Source of the DNA: a virus
Lineage: Duplodnaviria; Caudoviricetes
Length of the DNA stretch: 64,000 bases
Virus record (IMG/VR): IMGVR_UViG_3300042561_002102
Reading direction: 5' to 3' (one strand)
Position numbers and translations under genes: made by a program. The notes below the pieces were generated by a model, which saw only the letters and a list, made by a program, of their open reading frames with translations, was not told the origin of the DNA and made no database searches. Shown here piece after piece: positions 26,901-36,837 of the stretch. How positions within the stretch are numbered: position 1 is the stretch's first letter; every line of letters starts with the position of its first letter.

Positions 26901-28280
26901 ATGAAATACTTGAAAACATACGAGAGTTTTAGAATCCTTAATGAGGAAATATTTGGTCTTTTCGGGTCTAATAATGGTCAGAAGAGATATAAAAAATTAG
27001 AAGATAAAGATCTAATTAGTTTTATCCAAGACAACTCTAAGGAATTGGAGGGTAAATTTTCGGTCCCTTGGAAGACAAACTTAATACAAAATATTTCTAA
27101 TAAAGACGAAATTATAAAAATATTAAATGATATAAAAAATGAGAGTAGCTTAGATGGATTTATAAGTGACCTAGAGCTTAGTAAAAACATCAAATTAAAA
27201 TCAGTAGAAAAAGATCCATCACAGGAAAAAAAAGATGAACCTCAACCCTCTAAAGAAAAAGAAAATACTAATTTACAAGATACAGAATTAAGAACTTTTT
27301 TAGAAAAATGGAAGGTAGAGTGGGAAAATATAATAGGGGAAGGAATTAATGAAAAATATATTAATGGGTTATATAATTTCTTAAAATGGGAACCAGAGTT
27401 TCAAAATGGTTTACTTAAAGGTGAAAGTATGGGGCCGGATGAAACAGATAGATCAATAAATTTCTTAAAATTAATACAAAAATATAACCCACAATCATTA
27501 AAAGAAAAATTAGATATAATTAATAAAAAAAGGGAAGAACTTTTTAAAGAAATAAAAAAATATTTACCTAATTTTAATATCGATGATCCCAAAACTCACG
27601 AAAAATTTTTTAAAGCCAGCAATGATAAACCCTATATGAGATTAGAAGATTTTTTAGAAAATCTTAACCTTTTTACTAAAAATGAATATTCCTCCCCAAT
27701 AAATAAAAAATTAGAATTCATTTCAGAAAAATTAGAAAAATTTTCATTTGGCACGGATGTTAAAAAATTAGGGATTGATATTTTAAGAGATAAAAAACTT
27801 ATAGTTGATAGAAATGGTTTTGTTACCTATCACGGATCTGATAGGGATAACTATGGCGATGATAAATTTGCTTCTACAATTAACTTTAAAAAAAGAAAAG
27901 GATTAGGGTTATTTACATCAGATTTAAAAACAGCAATACAATATGCTATAGCTCAAACTAAAGGGGGGATGGCAGGATCTAAAGCTGAAGAAGGTGATAA
28001 AGTTACGATTTATCGTATTGTATTAAATAGTAAACCATTTCTATTGGGTAATGAAAATGAAGTCTCTTTCAGTGAGATGAAGGTATTATTAGATTTTGGT
28101 TTTGGTGGTTTAGATGGTATAGGTCAAACCGATAATGAAAGAGAAATTATTATAGTAACTCCTGATGCTATCGAAGGGGCCGAACTGATAAGTCAAGGTG
28201 ATGACGAATTTGGTAAGATTCTCAAGATGGCCGAACAAAAAGGGGGAGGACATCGGGTTTCTGGGAAAAAAATGGACTAG
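26901..28280 (+). CDS. Protein with C-terminal ADP-ribosyltransferase-like domain
   Basis: TYHGS..GLGLFTSDLKTAIQYA..EREIII pattern; MKYLKTYESF start after TATATA. Confidence 0.55.
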   Translation: MKYLKTYESFRILNEEIFGLFGSNNGQKRYKKLEDKDLISFIQDNSKELEGKFSVPWKTNLIQNISNKDEIIKILNDIKNESSLDGFISDLELSKNIKLKSVEKDPSQEKKDEPQPSKEKENTNLQDTELRTFLEKWKVEWENIIGEGINEKYINGLYNFLKWEPEFQNGLLKGESMGPDETDRSINFLKLIQKYNPQSLKEKLDIINKKREELFKEIKKYLPNFNIDDPKTHEKFFKASNDKPYMRLEDFLENLNLFTKNEYSSPINKKLEFISEKLEKFSFGTDVKKLGIDILRDKKLIVDRNGFVTYHGSDRDNYGDDKFASTINFKKRKGLGLFTSDLKTAIQYAIAQTKGGMAGSKAEEGDKVTIYRIVLNSKPFLLGNENEVSFSEMKVLLDFGFGGLDGIGQTDNEREIIIVTPDAIEGAELISQGDDEFGKILKMAEQKGGGHRVSGKKMD

Positions 28281-28458
28281 TAGCGTAGGTAAAAAAATTT
28301 CCAAAAAGTTCTTACATGGAAGTCTTGGCCGGAAAATTTTCTAAAAAAAGGGGGTCAAAAAAAATTTCTTAAAAAAGATGCGAAGGGATAAAATCCTTTT
28401 TTGGGTAGGAAGTGGTGTAATGAAAAAATGATTTAATCTTTTTCAATATATATACTAT

Positions 28459-28929
28459 ATGAAAAAGATTAAATCATTTGTAGAGCACATCAAGGAAGAT
28501 TTAGATGTATCTACTAGGCAAAGAGCTTTTCAAGAGCTCGAGAATAGAGTAAAAAGCTTAAAAAATTTCGAGCTCGATCGTAAGCTCCGGCAGCTTAGTA
28601 ATATCTACCGTAGTCTTTCTGGCAGCTCAAATGCTCTTAAAGACGAGTTACAAAATTATATACGGGAAGTTTTAGGAGTTCCTAGAGCTGAAATACTCTC
28701 ACGTAATCTTAGTATTAGAGGCGTAGGTAATCATACTGTTGAGTTTATTGTAAGGGATGGTGAAAGATCTATTCTATTACACCTGATTGTAAAGCCTAAC
28801 GGATATCGCGTAGGTGGTACATCTAGTAAAGATTTCTTAGATAGATGTGAGAATGATATACAATTTTGGGAGTTAGTAGATAATCTAGCCCAGGGTATTC
28901 AGGAGAATGATATTTATTTGGAAAAATAA
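28459..28929 (+). CDS. Hypothetical protein
   Basis: MKKIKSFVEHIKE start after TATATA. Confidence 0.75.
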   Translation: MKKIKSFVEHIKEDLDVSTRQRAFQELENRVKSLKNFELDRKLRQLSNIYRSLSGSSNALKDELQNYIREVLGVPRAEILSRNLSIRGVGNHTVEFIVRDGERSILLHLIVKPNGYRVGGTSSKDFLDRCENDIQFWELVDNLAQGIQENDIYLEK

Positions 28930-29012
28930 TTTCAAAAAAACCATATAAAACACTTAAAGACATTTAGGCAACTGGACAAAGAGACCTCTATTGAAGTAAA
29001 TATTATCAGGTT

Positions 29013-29279
29013 TTATATGCCTAATATTTGATCGATTTTTTCATCTCTTACCTTTGAGAACTTCTTGAAGTTCTTCATTTCACGGGTAATTACAAATAAT
29101 GAAAGGGGAAATCTTCTACCGCTCTTGTTATATAACACTACCATACCAAATGCTATAGGATCATTTTGGTAGCCAGTATATTCTTTGAATTGGACCAAAT
29201 CACCCCTCTTCAATGGTCCGACCAGCATATCTCTTCCTTGGTAGATGAGAGTTTCACCGGGTATAAATTTATTTTCCAT
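29013..29279 (-). CDS. Small protein with RDEKIDQIL tail
   Basis: ORF. Confidence 0.7.
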   Translation of the reverse strand: MENKFIPGETLIYQGRDMLVGPLKRGDLVQFKEYTGYQNDPIAFGMVVLYNKSGRRFPLSLFVITREMKNFKKFSKVRDEKIDQILGI

Positions 29280-29517
29280 GTTCCAATATATCGTTTATTT
29301 TGCTATCTCTTACTTTCCAATCCCTTATGAAATAACAAACATCTTGACTAGGTATATAACTTACATTTTTACTCTGTGTATATCTTGATACATACATACC
29401 TCCACTTTGAAAGTATTGGATAAACTCTACACGTTCCCCTTTTTTAAGTGTAGTATAAGGTCCTAGTGTCTCTCCTATGAAAATGAGGATTTCTCCAGTT
29501 ATGAACTGATGTGACAT
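29269..29517 (-). CDS. Small protein with RDSKINDIL tail
   Basis: ORF; CAAATATA (minus-strand TATATTTG) upstream. Confidence 0.7.
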   Translation of the reverse strand: MSHQFITGEILIFIGETLGPYTTLKKGERVEFIQYFQSGGMYVSRYTQSKNVSYIPSQDVCYFIRDWKVRDSKINDILEHGK

Positions 29518-29544
29518 ATCTAAATTTTTTACAAATATAGTTAT

Positions 29545-29799
29545 TTATTTTTGGATTTCTTCAGGGGGTAGTTCTAATATTTGCGAGATTTTTTCATCTC
29601 TTAACTCTTGAATAGTTTTCAAAAAGCAGTCGTCGATAGTGTATAGTTGGTTGGGTTCCCCAATGAGTTCAACCAAAAGCCTTTTTCCCCGACCGAGGGT
29701 ATGAAAAAGAACTTCTCTTAATATCACTCGCCGACCTGGTGGAAACCCATTTAATCTTGCTGTTTTGTCTCTCAGTATCAATATATCACCTGTTTTCAT
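29545..29799 (-). CDS. Small protein with RDEKISQIL tail
   Basis: ORF. Confidence 0.7.
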   Translation of the reverse strand: MKTGDILILRDKTARLNGFPPGRRVILREVLFHTLGRGKRLLVELIGEPNQLYTIDDCFLKTIQELRDEKISQILELPPEEIQK

Positions 29800-30067
29800 T
29801 ATCTAATAGAATATTTATTTTTTTTGATCTCCATTCAGATAAGCTGATAAACAATTCAGGTGTAAAAAACTCATCTAAAAGTTCAAATCCTTGAGGATGA
29901 ACTTCCCGTCCTACCTGATACACCATTAAATATTGTTTTGCGCTGTGAGTTTTGAGCCTCATCCACTTTCCGAAAAAAATAACCTTATCACCGTATTTAA
30001 GGTAGGGTGGCTCGTTGATATCTTGACCGATATAAACGATAACATCTCCTCTAAGGGGGGAGTTCAC
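29786..30067 (-). CDS. Small protein with RSKKINILL tail
   Basis: ORF. Confidence 0.65.
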   Translation of the reverse strand: MNSPLRGDVIVYIGQDINEPPYLKYGDKVIFFGKWMRLKTHSAKQYLMVYQVGREVHPQGFELLDEFFTPELFISLSEWRSKKINILLDNENR

Positions 30068-30091
30068 TACTGCTAGTAGGAAGAATATAGC

Positions 30092-30457
30092 TCATAGTTC
30101 TTCCCTGTTTTGGTCGGTTTGGTTACCATCATCCCCTTCATCGGATAGAAGATCTCTTAGCTTACACTCTCTAATGGCTTGAGTTACTATTTCATCAGAA
30201 GCAAATTTAACGTCGTGACCACGGGAATCACAACTATAGACTAATTTACCATCACTAGAATAGTATTCTCTACTCCAAAATCCATTAGAATCTCTGAGTA
30301 GGTAATTTCTTCCGAGATGATCCCAAAACCATCTAGTGCAAGTACCATCTTCTTCTTCTCTGTAAATAAGTTGGTGGTGCTCGTTTTGGATATCAAGATT
30401 ACCATTCACCGAGAAATCCCAATCGAGTAGTTCAGATATTTTAGGCCACGGATTCAT
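30092..30457 (-). CDS. Small protein with RECKLRDLL motif
   Basis: ORF. Confidence 0.65.
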   Translation of the reverse strand: MNPWPKISELLDWDFSVNGNLDIQNEHHQLIYREEEDGTCTRWFWDHLGRNYLLRDSNGFWSREYYSSDGKLVYSCDSRGHDVKFASDEIVTQAIRECKLRDLLSDEGDDGNQTDQNREEL

Positions 30458-30882
30458 TTTTGTGGAATTGTAATTATAGTGCCGCTTTTAAGGCCAAGCT
30501 CCCTAGCTAAGTGCCAACAAGAATCTGCCTGGGTCAGGTCACCTTGAACATGGTGGATACTTCCAAGCAGTAGCAAGGCCTCTGGTGTTGGATACCAAAT
30601 AAGTGTTTGCTCGACAAGAGCTCTAGCTTCGGTGTATCTACGTTCATAAACCATTTTTTGAGCTCTTACTAAATTTTGAATGATTAAATCTGTGGTGAAG
30701 TTAAATTTTTCATAAGTAAGTTGACGGGCCAGTGGAGGTATCGTATCCTTGGGTTTTTGTAGAGATGTTGAATCTTCACGTTTCTCGCGACCCCGCTCGG
30801 TATAGATACGAAATCTCGAACCTTGATAGCAAGAGACAAGTAGTAAAAATGAATAGAACAGAAGTGGTAAGAATTTTTTCAT
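30454..30882 (-). CDS. Putative lipoprotein with TPR-like helices
   Basis: Signal peptide ending LLLVSC; EALLLLGSIHHVQGDLTQA. Confidence 0.6.
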   Translation of the reverse strand: MKKFLPLLFYSFLLLVSCYQGSRFRIYTERGREKREDSTSLQKPKDTIPPLARQLTYEKFNFTTDLIIQNLVRAQKMVYERRYTEARALVEQTLIWYPTPEALLLLGSIHHVQGDLTQADSCWHLARELGLKSGTIITIPQK

Positions 30883-31538
30883 GATGGGTCTTGGGATAAT
30901 ATTCTATTTATTCTAGTTTCTCTTCTAAGTTGTAGAGGCATTACTTTTTCTATCATTCGCATAAAAGCTGCTCTTCTAGCCTCTTCATAACTTTGGAATC
31001 TAGGTATTCCATTGAAAAGTTCCGATTTTCTTTGATCCAGAAATTCACGGACTGAACTTTTCATATTCGTCACATGAAAAGTAAAAAGTTGAATATTAGG
31101 CATCCAATCAACTGAATATTTTAGGTAGTGAACTTCTCTGAACCACCAATCGGCAAGTGCGTAAGTGGGGTAATATTCAGAGTTACCCAAAAAACCAACT
31201 TCTTTGAGCTGTTCAAGTAGATCGCTCTCGATCATATCGACTGGTTTGAGTGGCATGTTGTAATTAGAGAGAGAGAGGAGATGGTGAGTAAAATGAGATA
31301 AGAGGTAGTAAGAACTACCTAAACCTAATAGAGTTGCTAGATTGAAATTTTTCTGGGGATCCTCGTAGCAGGTTATTCCCAGCATGATGATGGTGATTAG
31401 AAGGCTCAAGAGGTCAAAAGCGGGGATATCCCTACCGAATCTTCCGAAAAAAAGATATTCCACGAGTCCAAAAACAAAAACAAGTAGGTAAAGTGCTCGT
31501 AAATTGGTGAAATGCTCCCGTGATAGAAATCTTTTCAT
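30879..31538 (-). CDS. Membrane protein with RETRINRIL tail
   Basis: Three hydrophobic segments. Confidence 0.65.
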   Translation of the reverse strand: MKRFLSREHFTNLRALYLLVFVFGLVEYLFFGRFGRDIPAFDLLSLLITIIMLGITCYEDPQKNFNLATLLGLGSSYYLLSHFTHHLLSLSNYNMPLKPVDMIESDLLEQLKEVGFLGNSEYYPTYALADWWFREVHYLKYSVDWMPNIQLFTFHVTNMKSSVREFLDQRKSELFNGIPRFQSYEEARRAAFMRMIEKVMPLQLRRETRINRILSQDPS

Positions 31539-31621
31539 AGATATTTTTTTACAAAGATAATAAGATTTTCCGGTTTTAGATAGTCTTTAGGTAATTTTTT
31601 TGTATATTTGAAAAAAAACTT

Positions 31622-31852
31622 ATGACATTTGTAGAAATAATTGGCTGGCTCTCAACTCTGGTGGTTTTCATTTCATTTTCTCAAAAATCCATGAAACGAC
31701 TTAGAGTAGTTTCGATTGCTGCTTGCCTGTTATGGTCTTGGTATGGATATTTAAAATCTGATATGCCCGTTATAGTTACGAATATTTCAATTATTTTCAT
31801 ACATATCTCGGCTCTTTATCGTGAAAAAGGTTCAGACGTAACGAGTTCCTGA
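31622..31852 (+). CDS. Small 3-TM YgjV/PQ-loop-like membrane protein
   Basis: EIIGWLSTLVVFISF..KSMKRLRVV..LWSWYG pattern. Confidence 0.6.
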   Translation: MTFVEIIGWLSTLVVFISFSQKSMKRLRVVSIAACLLWSWYGYLKSDMPVIVTNISIIFIHISALYREKGSDVTSS

Positions 31853-32233
31853 AATAACTCTAGGTGAAGGTCTTTTTTCTATAGCTAAAAAATCTTCATA
31901 TTGGTGTATGAAACCGGTTTGATTTATGAAATCTAAAAGTTTATCTCTTTGTGTGAGAGTTGTATAATCAAGTAGGGGATCTAAGTTCTTTATAAAAGGT
32001 ATATAAAGACCCAAGGCAGAAACATTCCAGAAATTTTCTGTAAATCCTTGAAAATCTAGAGTAATATTTGGTCTTACACCAGATTCAGACCTAAAAATTA
32101 TCCGAGTATCTCTACCTAGAAAATCTGAAATATCGCCTGGAAGCTCGTGTGAGTAATCTCCTGATATTAGAACAGTAGCGGATGTTCCAATGAAGGGCTC
32201 AAGATGATGTCTGTAAATTTCAAAGTTTTTCAT
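31832..32233 (-). CDS. Hypothetical protein
   Basis: 133-aa ORF. Confidence 0.65.
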   Translation of the reverse strand: MKNFEIYRHHLEPFIGTSATVLISGDYSHELPGDISDFLGRDTRIIFRSESGVRPNITLDFQGFTENFWNVSALGLYIPFIKNLDPLLDYTTLTQRDKLLDFINQTGFIHQYEDFLAIEKRPSPRVISGTRYV

Positions 32234-32320
32234 ATCTAAATATATTAAATATTTCCTGTTTTGTTCGAGTAGTAATCAAACTTCTTTTTCTGAGCGTCTA
32301 TAAATAAGAAAAAAACATTT

Positions 32321-33895
32321 ATGAAACAAAAATTATTACTACTTCTCTTTCTACTAGTAAGTAGTCTGTCGGAAGCTCAAAATCTAGTAGATACCGTAAG
32401 AACGAATATCACTACCAACACAACCTGGAGACGGGATAGAATTTATCTTATCGAAGGCTATCGGTTTGTAAAAGATGGAGCTACTCTAACAATCGAGCCA
32501 GGCACTACTATTAGAGGTGATAAAGCTTCGAAAGGCACACTTATTATTACAAAGACCGGAAAGATCCTAGCCAACGGAAATGATACAATGCCTATTGTAT
32601 TTACCTCGAATCAACCACAAGGAACTAGAACTTATGGTGACTGGGGAGGTATCGTAATCCTGGGAAACGCACCTATCAATGTTCCTGGTGGCATAGGTAT
32701 TATCGAAGGTGGTCTTCTTGGGCAAGATGCTACTTATGGGGGAAATAACCAAGATGATAGTTCAGGAGTTTTTAGGTATGTTCGTATTGAATACCCAGGC
32801 ATCGCCTATCAGCCAAACTCTGAAATAAACGGATTAACTCTCGGTGGTGTAGGTCGTAAAACACAAATCGATCACATACAAGTTAGCTATTCTGGTGATG
32901 ATGCCTTTGAGTGGTTCGGTGGAAATGTAAATTGTAAATACCTAGTAGCACACAGAGGTTGGGATGACGATTTTGATACTGATTTTGGATATTCTGGAAA
33001 GGTTCAATTCGCCTTATCAATGAGAGACCCAAATATTTCAGACCAATCCCAATCCAATGGACTTGAGTCTGATAACGATGGAACCGGAACTTTTAATACA
33101 CCCTTTACTTCACCTCTATTTTCTAATGTAACTATTATTGGACCTAGAGAGGGTGGTAACCCGGCTTCACTCTACCGTAGAGCTATGCATCTTCGTAGAA
33201 ATACCAGAACTTCTATCTATAACTCTCTTTTTACTGGTTATACAACTGGTCTTCATATTGATGGACAAGCATCTCAAGCAGCAGCTACTCTCGATAGCCT
33301 TCAGCTAGAACGTGTTATACTCTGTAATATGCTAAATAACTTCGAGCAAACATCTGGTCAAAATACCTGGCAAGGTATGAACTCCTATTTTTTAGATTCA
33401 ACTCGTCAGAACCAAATTATTGATAGCACATTTCGATTGGGTCTTCGCCCGGGTTACGCAAACTTGGGTAGTCCAGACCTCGTGCCAGATTCAGGAAGTT
33501 TATTGTTGAGTGGTGCTAATTTTACAAATCCCCGATTGAGTGATGGATTTTTTGATACCGTGAGTTTCATTGGCGCTTTTGGCCTAGTAGATTGGACTAG
33601 GGGCTGGTCAAATTTCAATCCAGATACCGTTCATACCTCTGTAGAAGTCGTAAATCGAACCGTAACAAGGGTTTATCCGAACCCAGTTACACAAGGTCTA
33701 TTTACTATTCAGTTAGATGAACTTCCACAAGATGTGCGTGTATTCGATATTCGTGGTAGGGAGGTTCAATCTTCATGGAGTCAGATCTCTGAAGATGCCA
33801 TCCGAGTATCTCTGGATACAAATAAAGTTGGTCTAATGACCGTTCTTATTCAAGATAAACTTTCCTTAAAGATATCCAGAATAGTAGTTCGGTAA
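32321..33895 (+). CDS. Secreted beta-helix protein with T9SS type A C-terminal domain
   Basis: Sec signal peptide; GDDAFEWFGG/DDDFDTD repeats; C-terminal VYPNP..VRVFDIRGREV. Confidence 0.85.
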   Translation: MKQKLLLLLFLLVSSLSEAQNLVDTVRTNITTNTTWRRDRIYLIEGYRFVKDGATLTIEPGTTIRGDKASKGTLIITKTGKILANGNDTMPIVFTSNQPQGTRTYGDWGGIVILGNAPINVPGGIGIIEGGLLGQDATYGGNNQDDSSGVFRYVRIEYPGIAYQPNSEINGLTLGGVGRKTQIDHIQVSYSGDDAFEWFGGNVNCKYLVAHRGWDDDFDTDFGYSGKVQFALSMRDPNISDQSQSNGLESDNDGTGTFNTPFTSPLFSNVTIIGPREGGNPASLYRRAMHLRRNTRTSIYNSLFTGYTTGLHIDGQASQAAATLDSLQLERVILCNMLNNFEQTSGQNTWQGMNSYFLDSTRQNQIIDSTFRLGLRPGYANLGSPDLVPDSGSLLLSGANFTNPRLSDGFFDTVSFIGAFGLVDWTRGWSNFNPDTVHTSVEVVNRTVTRVYPNPVTQGLFTIQLDELPQDVRVFDIRGREVQSSWSQISEDAIRVSLDTNKVGLMTVLIQDKLSLKISRIVVR

Positions 33896-33915
33896 TTTTT
33901 TATCCGGTTTTTTCT

Positions 33916-33952
33916 AGAGGCGTAGGAAATATTTCCTATGCCTCTTTTTTTT
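33916..33952 (+). terminator. Intrinsic terminator
   Basis: agaggcgtaggaaat/atttcctatgcctct hairpin followed by a T-run. Confidence 0.8.
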
Positions 33953-34004
33953 GTTCTAGAGAGTAAACTTCTAAATATATAAATTTATAATCCTGTCATC
34001 TTCG

Positions 34005-34187
34005 GTGAAAGAAAAAATCTTCTCAACTATTGTTTTTACACTAATCTGGTTACTTGTAATCTGGGTATTAAGATTTTATACAAATTTAGTTTTTGGAAAT
34101 CCAGGATTTATAACTAGCTCAATAATAATATTCGTAGGATTTTTACTTGCTCACCTTTTTACGCCTTTACTTACAAAAAACGAATAA
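34005..34187 (+). CDS. Small 2-TM protein
   Basis: Hydrophobic 60-aa ORF. Confidence 0.55.
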   Translation: MKEKIFSTIVFTLIWLLVIWVLRFYTNLVFGNPGFITSSIIIFVGFLLAHLFTPLLTKNE

Positions 34188-34194
34188 CCAAAAA

Positions 34195-34728
34195 ATGCTA
34201 CTTCGCTCTATTTTTCTTCTGATTTTACTACTTCTTTCTGCCAGAGGCCATTCTCAAATCTATCTTAATGGTGATACAATAAACGATCAAACTTGTAGAA
34301 GAGTTGGTCTTATTCAACTTGATTGGACAGAGACTATCGATACGTCATCTTCGAATGTTATACTCTATTATACGGTTCATATTGATAAAATAATCGATGA
34401 GAAAAAACAAGAAGAGTTGGATAAGTTTTTAGATAAAAATTTAGTAGGGGGCAGAGGTGATACCCTTGTTTATTATTTTTATTACTATAGATATGATCTA
34501 GAAACACTTTCATCACTTCTATCTCATTATAGTTTAAAAACTTCACTAGAGGTTAGAAAAATGATGTTTGTAAAAATTGGCGCTTGGGGTCTGGGCGCTG
34601 GAGTTGCCTTTATAAATCCCGTAGCAGGACTTTTAGTTATCTCAGCTGGAGAGATTTGGAGTTTGAAATGTCTAAGGAATATTTCTAGAGATAGTATCGA
34701 GATGAGTGTCGATGTTCAAGGAAAATGA
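34195..34728 (+). CDS. Exported/membrane hypothetical protein
   Basis: Signal peptide MLLRSIFLLILLLLSARGHS. Confidence 0.65.
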   Translation: MLLRSIFLLILLLLSARGHSQIYLNGDTINDQTCRRVGLIQLDWTETIDTSSSNVILYYTVHIDKIIDEKKQEELDKFLDKNLVGGRGDTLVYYFYYYRYDLETLSSLLSHYSLKTSLEVRKMMFVKIGAWGLGAGVAFINPVAGLLVISAGEIWSLKCLRNISRDSIEMSVDVQGK

Positions 34729-34883
34729 AAAAGGAGTCAAATCTAGTTAAAGGCCACTTAGTTTCAAGAAGTTTGGGACTACTTACAAAACTCACCTCTA
34801 CTGTTGATTGACTCCTTTGAATATATAGTAGAAAAAATATAAGTTGATATCAAAGATATAAAAATTTTGATATATAAATATGT

Positions 34884-35891
34884 ATGGCTTTAATTACCAT
34901 TTCAGCAATCACTAGTTCAACTATACCCAGAGATGGACTTAATTTTTGGTTTGATGCGCAAAATCATCCAAATCTACCAAACAACAACACCGCCACAGAT
35001 AGATCTGGTAATTATGGGGATTTTACCCTGGTGAATAACTCAACAAAAGTAAGTTATAGTGATGATTTTAGTGGTAGCTTTAATTTCAGTGGCGCAACCG
35101 ATAATTACATAAAAACTCCTGTTAACAGAACTAGCACATCTAATACTGTTACCTGGATTGTATGGTTCAGAAGAAATGCAGAACAGGTCGAATACGCTGG
35201 TCTTTTCTATAACAGAACCAACGGAGCAACAGCTGGCTTACATTTTGGTAATTCCGGTAATACTTCTAAATTGAGGTATACTTGGAATAATTCACATTTT
35301 GATGTTGAAACTAATCTTTTGACTTCTATCAATGTATGGACTTTCTGTTCTGTTGCAGTTAGATCGAATGGGGCAACTTTCACAATGATAAGTGCGACAG
35401 GTTCAAAATCTGTTTACTCCCATACTTCTGTAACTAACGCAGCACTTAGTCTAACATCTTCTTTTCTTGGTTGGGATGGGTTTTCTACAAGATATTTTAA
35501 TGGTAGAATATCACAAGCCTTTTTTTATACCAGAGATCTTTCAGATAGTGAAGTTCAGGCTATTTATAATCACACACTTTATAGGAATTATCCGTTAGGA
35601 TATTCCCTACCTCCAGCCACAACAACTACCTCTACTACTACTGCGTTCTCTGGATATTATGTATATACAGATCTCAACCAAGGTGATTGTTCGAGTGGTG
35701 GTGGAATTGAAGCTTATGGAATTAGGTCGACATTTGCAGGACTACAGGACGGAGATTATCTTTATACTGACTTAGGTATAAATCCCCTTCAAGGTTACTC
35801 AGTAATAGGTGATACATTTTTGTATTTTACAATAGATCCAGAAACGGGCAGAATATCAGGTTCTGGAACTCTATGTGAACAGCCCCAATAA
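34884..35891 (+). CDS. LamG/concanavalin-A-like jellyroll protein, probably structural
   Basis: GL.FWFDA, WTFCSV and FNGRISQAFFY.R.LS..EVQAIY motifs. Confidence 0.75.
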   Translation: MALITISAITSSTIPRDGLNFWFDAQNHPNLPNNNTATDRSGNYGDFTLVNNSTKVSYSDDFSGSFNFSGATDNYIKTPVNRTSTSNTVTWIVWFRRNAEQVEYAGLFYNRTNGATAGLHFGNSGNTSKLRYTWNNSHFDVETNLLTSINVWTFCSVAVRSNGATFTMISATGSKSVYSHTSVTNAALSLTSSFLGWDGFSTRYFNGRISQAFFYTRDLSDSEVQAIYNHTLYRNYPLGYSLPPATTTTSTTTAFSGYYVYTDLNQGDCSSGGGIEAYGIRSTFAGLQDGDYLYTDLGINPLQGYSVIGDTFLYFTIDPETGRISGSGTLCEQPQ

Positions 35892-35935
35892 AAATTATTA
35901 GGTATTCTTTTTAAAAAATAAAAAAAAATAAAAAT

Positions 35936-36196
35936 ATGTACGAAAACAGAAAATTTGTAATCTTCTCAGTTACTGAACTTGATTTGGTGGATTTCTCTCA
36001 AGTTTTAGAAACTTCAGCCGAAACAGTAAGAAAATCAGTAGATGGTACTCTTACCTTTGTGAAATACGACGGTGATATGCCTCTATCGGTTCAATCCTTA
36101 ACTACTAGATCAACTGAGCATGGATACACAGAAATGCTGAATATTCTTCAAGGTCCAGATTGGACAAATCCTATACAAGACCAGACCATGGCTTAA
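35936..36196 (+). CDS. Hypothetical protein
   Basis: 86-aa ORF. Confidence 0.7.
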   Translation: MYENRKFVIFSVTELDLVDFSQVLETSAETVRKSVDGTLTFVKYDGDMPLSVQSLTTRSTEHGYTEMLNILQGPDWTNPIQDQTMA

Positions 36197-36207
36197 GAGT
36201 TTATTAT

Positions 36208-36828
36208 ATGAATATAGAAGAGCAAAGGTTATGGAATAATCCATTCATAGATGGTGGACATGAGTGGTCAAGAAATGGGTCGACTCAACTATTATGGGAG
36301 ACCGAGATCGAGAGACATGCCAAAAAATGGTTTTTTGGCGAGGGTCTTGAAATAGCGCCAGGTGAGGGTAGAATGACAGAATACCTCTTAAACTTCTCTG
36401 AAAAGCTATACCTAGTAGATCTCAACGAGCACCCCCTTTCTGTTTGTATGAAAAAATTTGGAAATAAATGTTCTGGTTATTTTGTGAACGATGGTAAATC
36501 GCTACCGGAACATTTTCAAAATAACCTTGATTTTATTTTTTCTTGGGATTCATTTGTACATATTCACTGGGATATTTTCAAAATCTATCTGAAAGAGATA
36601 TCAAGAGCTCTCAAGGTGGATGGTATTTTTTTTATACATCACGCTCACTTTTGGGGTGGTTCGGATTTTTCATTCAATAACTATTGTGGAAGAGCAAATC
36701 TCGATTTGAGCGTATTAAACGATGAGCTTGATGTTTTAGGTTTTGAGGTATTGGAGCAGTATTGGGTGAAGATTTCTTGGCAAGATCCAAATTTTGTGGA
36801 TTGTGTAACTCTAGCTAGAAAGAGGTAG
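36208..36828 (+). CDS. Class I SAM-dependent methyltransferase
   Basis: LEIAPGEGR; DFIFSWDSFVH; LKVDGIFFIH. Confidence 0.85.
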   Translation: MNIEEQRLWNNPFIDGGHEWSRNGSTQLLWETEIERHAKKWFFGEGLEIAPGEGRMTEYLLNFSEKLYLVDLNEHPLSVCMKKFGNKCSGYFVNDGKSLPEHFQNNLDFIFSWDSFVHIHWDIFKIYLKEISRALKVDGIFFIHHAHFWGGSDFSFNNYCGRANLDLSVLNDELDVLGFEVLEQYWVKISWQDPNFVDCVTLARKR

Positions 36829-36837
36829 CACACATTA

